Source: Octopus vulgaris (taxonomy: Eukaryota). From it: 64,000 bases of DNA. This document shows positions 61,235 to 64,000 of the stretch, piece after piece (within the stretch, counting starts at the first letter, position 1; each line of letters starts with the position of its first letter). Below the pieces are notes generated by a model. The model was not told the origin of the DNA. It saw only the letters and a list, made by a program, of their open reading frames with translations, and ran no database searches. The stretch covers positions 17,236,001 through 17,300,000 of the forward strand of contig OX597843.1 of assembly GCA_951406725.2 (NCBI GenBank), in the 5' to 3' direction. Position numbers and translations under genes: made by a program.

Positions 61235-64000
61235 TATAATAATAATAATAAAATTATTGTATACAGTTGCTCAGGTGCACCACAACTTGTCAGAAAGTGC
61301 GTATAAAGTACATGCAGTAATGTAGAAATGTCTGGGAAGTGAACAGTGTATGAGTCAGATACATGCTTGTGTGTGTATGGAGGGGAGAAAATCAGGTGTA
61401 GTGTTGGCGAATCTCTCAGGAAGCATGGAAGTTTTGAAGGATGCAGTGCTCCGACAACCAACAACTGATGCCGGCAGTTTGTTCCATGCTTCAGCGTGTG
61501 TATGGAGGGGAGAAAATCAGGTGTAGTGTTGGCGAATCTCAGGAAGCATAGAAGTTTTGAAGGATGTAGTGCTCCGACAACTAACAACTGATGCCGGCAG
61601 TTTCTTCCATGCTTCAGCGTGTGTATGGAGGGGAAGAGAAAATCAGGTGTAGTGTTGGCGAATCTCAGAAAGCATGGAAGTTTTGAAGGATGCAGTGCTC
61701 CGACAACTAACAACTGATGCCGGCAGTTTGTTCCATGCTTCAGCGTGTGTATGGAGGGGAGAAAATCAGGTGTAGTGTTGGCGAATCTCAGGAAGCATAG
61801 AAGTTTTGAAGGATGCAGTGCTCCGACAACTAACAACTGATGCCGGCAGTTTGTTCCATGCTTCAGCGTGTGTATGGAGGGAGAAAATCAGGTGTAGTGT
61901 TGGCGAATCTCAGGAAGCATAGAAGTTTTGAAGGATGCAGTGCTCCGACAACTAACAACTGATGCCGGCAGTTTGTTCCATGCTTCAGCGTGTGTATGGA
62001 GGGGGAGAAAGTCAGGTGTAAGTGTTGGCGAATCTCTCAGGAAGTATGGAAGTTTTGAAGGATGCAGTGCTCCGACAACTAACAACTGATGCTGGCAGTT
62101 TGTTCCATGCTTCAGCGTGTGTATGGAGGGAAGAAAATTAGGTGTAGTGTTGGCGAATCTCAGGAAGCATGGGAGTTTTGAAGGATGCAGTGCTCCGACA
62201 AGTAACAACTGATGCCGGCAGTTTGTTCCATGCTTCAGCGTGTGTATGGAGGGAAGAAAATCAGGTGTAGTGTTGGCGAATCTCTCAGGAAGCATGGAAG
62301 TTTTGAAGGATGCAGTGCTCCGACAACTAACAACTGATGCCGGCAGTTTGTTCCATGCTTCAGCGTGTGTATGGAGGGGAAGAGAAAATTAGGTGTAGTG
62401 TTGGCGAATCTCAGGAAGCATAGAAATTTTGAAGGAAGCAGTGCTCCGACAACTAACAACTGATGCTGGCAGTTTGTTCCATGCTTCAGCAACTCTTAGC
62501 GTGAAAAAATGTTTCTGAAAGTCATGGGAGCTGTGCTGTTTTCTGTCTTTGTAAACATGTCCACAGGTGTTAGACAGGTGAAGTTTGAAAAGGTGCTCAC
62601 AGTTATTGACAGTTATTGTTTGTAAGATGGTTGATAATTTTATGGGTGTCTGCCAAGTCAGCTGCCAGACGTCAGAGTTTCAATGTGTCTATGCCTAGGG
62701 AAGTAAGGCGTTCATAATATGGTAAATGCCTGATGGAGGGTATTCTCTTGGTTGTCAGATACATGCTTGTGTGTGTATGGAGGAAGAAAATCAGGTGTAG
62801 TGTTGGCGAATCTCAGAAAGCATAGAAGTTTTGAAGGATGCAGTGCTCCGACAACTAACAACTGATGCCGGCAGTTTGTTCCATGCTTCAGCGTGTGTAT
62901 GGAGGGGAGAAAATCAGGTGTAGTGTTGGCGAATCTCAGGAAGCATAGAAGTTTTGAAGGATGCAGTGCTCCGACAACTAACAACTGATGCCGGCAGTTT
63001 GTTCCATGCTTCAGCGTGTGTATGGAGGGGAGAAAATCAGGTGTAGTGTTGGCGAATCTCAGGAAGCATAGAAGTTTTGAAGGATGCAGTGCTCCGACAA
63101 CTAACAACTGATGCCGGCAGTTTGTTCCATGCTTCAGCGTGTGTATGGAGGGGAGAAAATCAGGTGTAGTGTTGGCGAATCTCTCAGGAAGTATTGAAGT
63201 TTTGAAGGATGCAGTGCTCCGACAACTAACAACTGATGCCGGCAGTTTGTTCCATGCTTCAGCGTGTGTATGGAGGGAAGAAAATTAGGTGTAGTGTTGG
63301 CGAATCTCAGGAAGCATGGGAGTTTTGAAGGATGCAGTGCTCCGACAAGTAACAACTGATGCCGGCAGTTTGTTCCATGCTTCAGCGTGTGTATGGAGGG
63401 AAGAAAATCAGGTGTAGTGTTGGCGAATCTCTCAGGAAGCATGGAAGTTTTGAAGGATGCAGTGCTCCGACAACTAACAACTGATGCCGGCAGTTTGTTC
63501 CATGCTTCAGCGTGTGTATGGAGGAAGAGAAAATTAGGTGTAGTGTTGGCGAATCTCAGGAAGCATAGAAATTTTGAAGGAAGCAGTGCTCCGACAACTA
63601 ACAACTGATGCTGGCAGTTTGTTCCATGCTTCAGCAACTCTTAGCGTGAAAAAATGTTTCTGAAAGTCATGGGAGCTGTGCTGTTTTCTGTCTTTGTAAA
63701 CATGTCCACAGGTGTTAGACAGGTGAAGTTTGAAAAGGTGCTCACAGTTATTGACAGTTATTGTTTGTAAGATGGTTGATAATTTTATGGGTGTCTGCCA
63801 AGTCAGCTGCCAGACGTCAGAGTTTCAATGTGTCTATGCCTAGGGAAGTAAGGCGTTCATAATATGGTAAATGCCTGATGGAGGGTATTCTCTTGGTTGT
63901 CAGATACATGCTTGTGTGTGTATGGAGGGAAGAAAATCAGGTGTAGTGTTGGCGAATCTCAGAAAGCATAGAAGTTTTGAAGGATGCAGTGCTCCGACAA
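61235..64000 (-). mobile_element. CR1-clade LINE 3' end amplified into a ~123-bp tandem array with ~1.15-kb higher-order duplication
   Basis: IRHLPYYERLTSLG...GHVYK...HFFTLRVAEAWNKLPASVVSCRSTASFKTSMLPEIRQHYT*; (AAT)n tract at 61237-61250. Confidence 0.85.

Overview
AT-rich, repeat-dense animal DNA, most likely an octopus or other coleoid cephalopod (inferred from the SINE/RTE families and microsatellite load). The whole window lies inside one minus-strand gene. I reconstructed 21 consecutive GT-AG exons (61212 to 188; 2590 nt, about 863 codons) with consistent splice phases. They encode the central C2-domain region of a C2CD3 (centriole/cilium) homolog; start and stop lie outside the window. 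The introns hold tRNA-derived SINEs, RTE and CR1 LINE 3' ends, Helitron, mariner, maT and MITE remnants, a decayed Penelope-like (PLE) ORF and several large satellites. The most striking signal is a collection of minimal type-I hammerhead ribozyme (HHR) folds from about 8 apparently unrelated repeat families. These include U3-A8 and G3-C8 compensatory core variants, and a tRNA-headed HHR element present as a TSD-flanked hexamer. All folds were read by eye; activity is untested.
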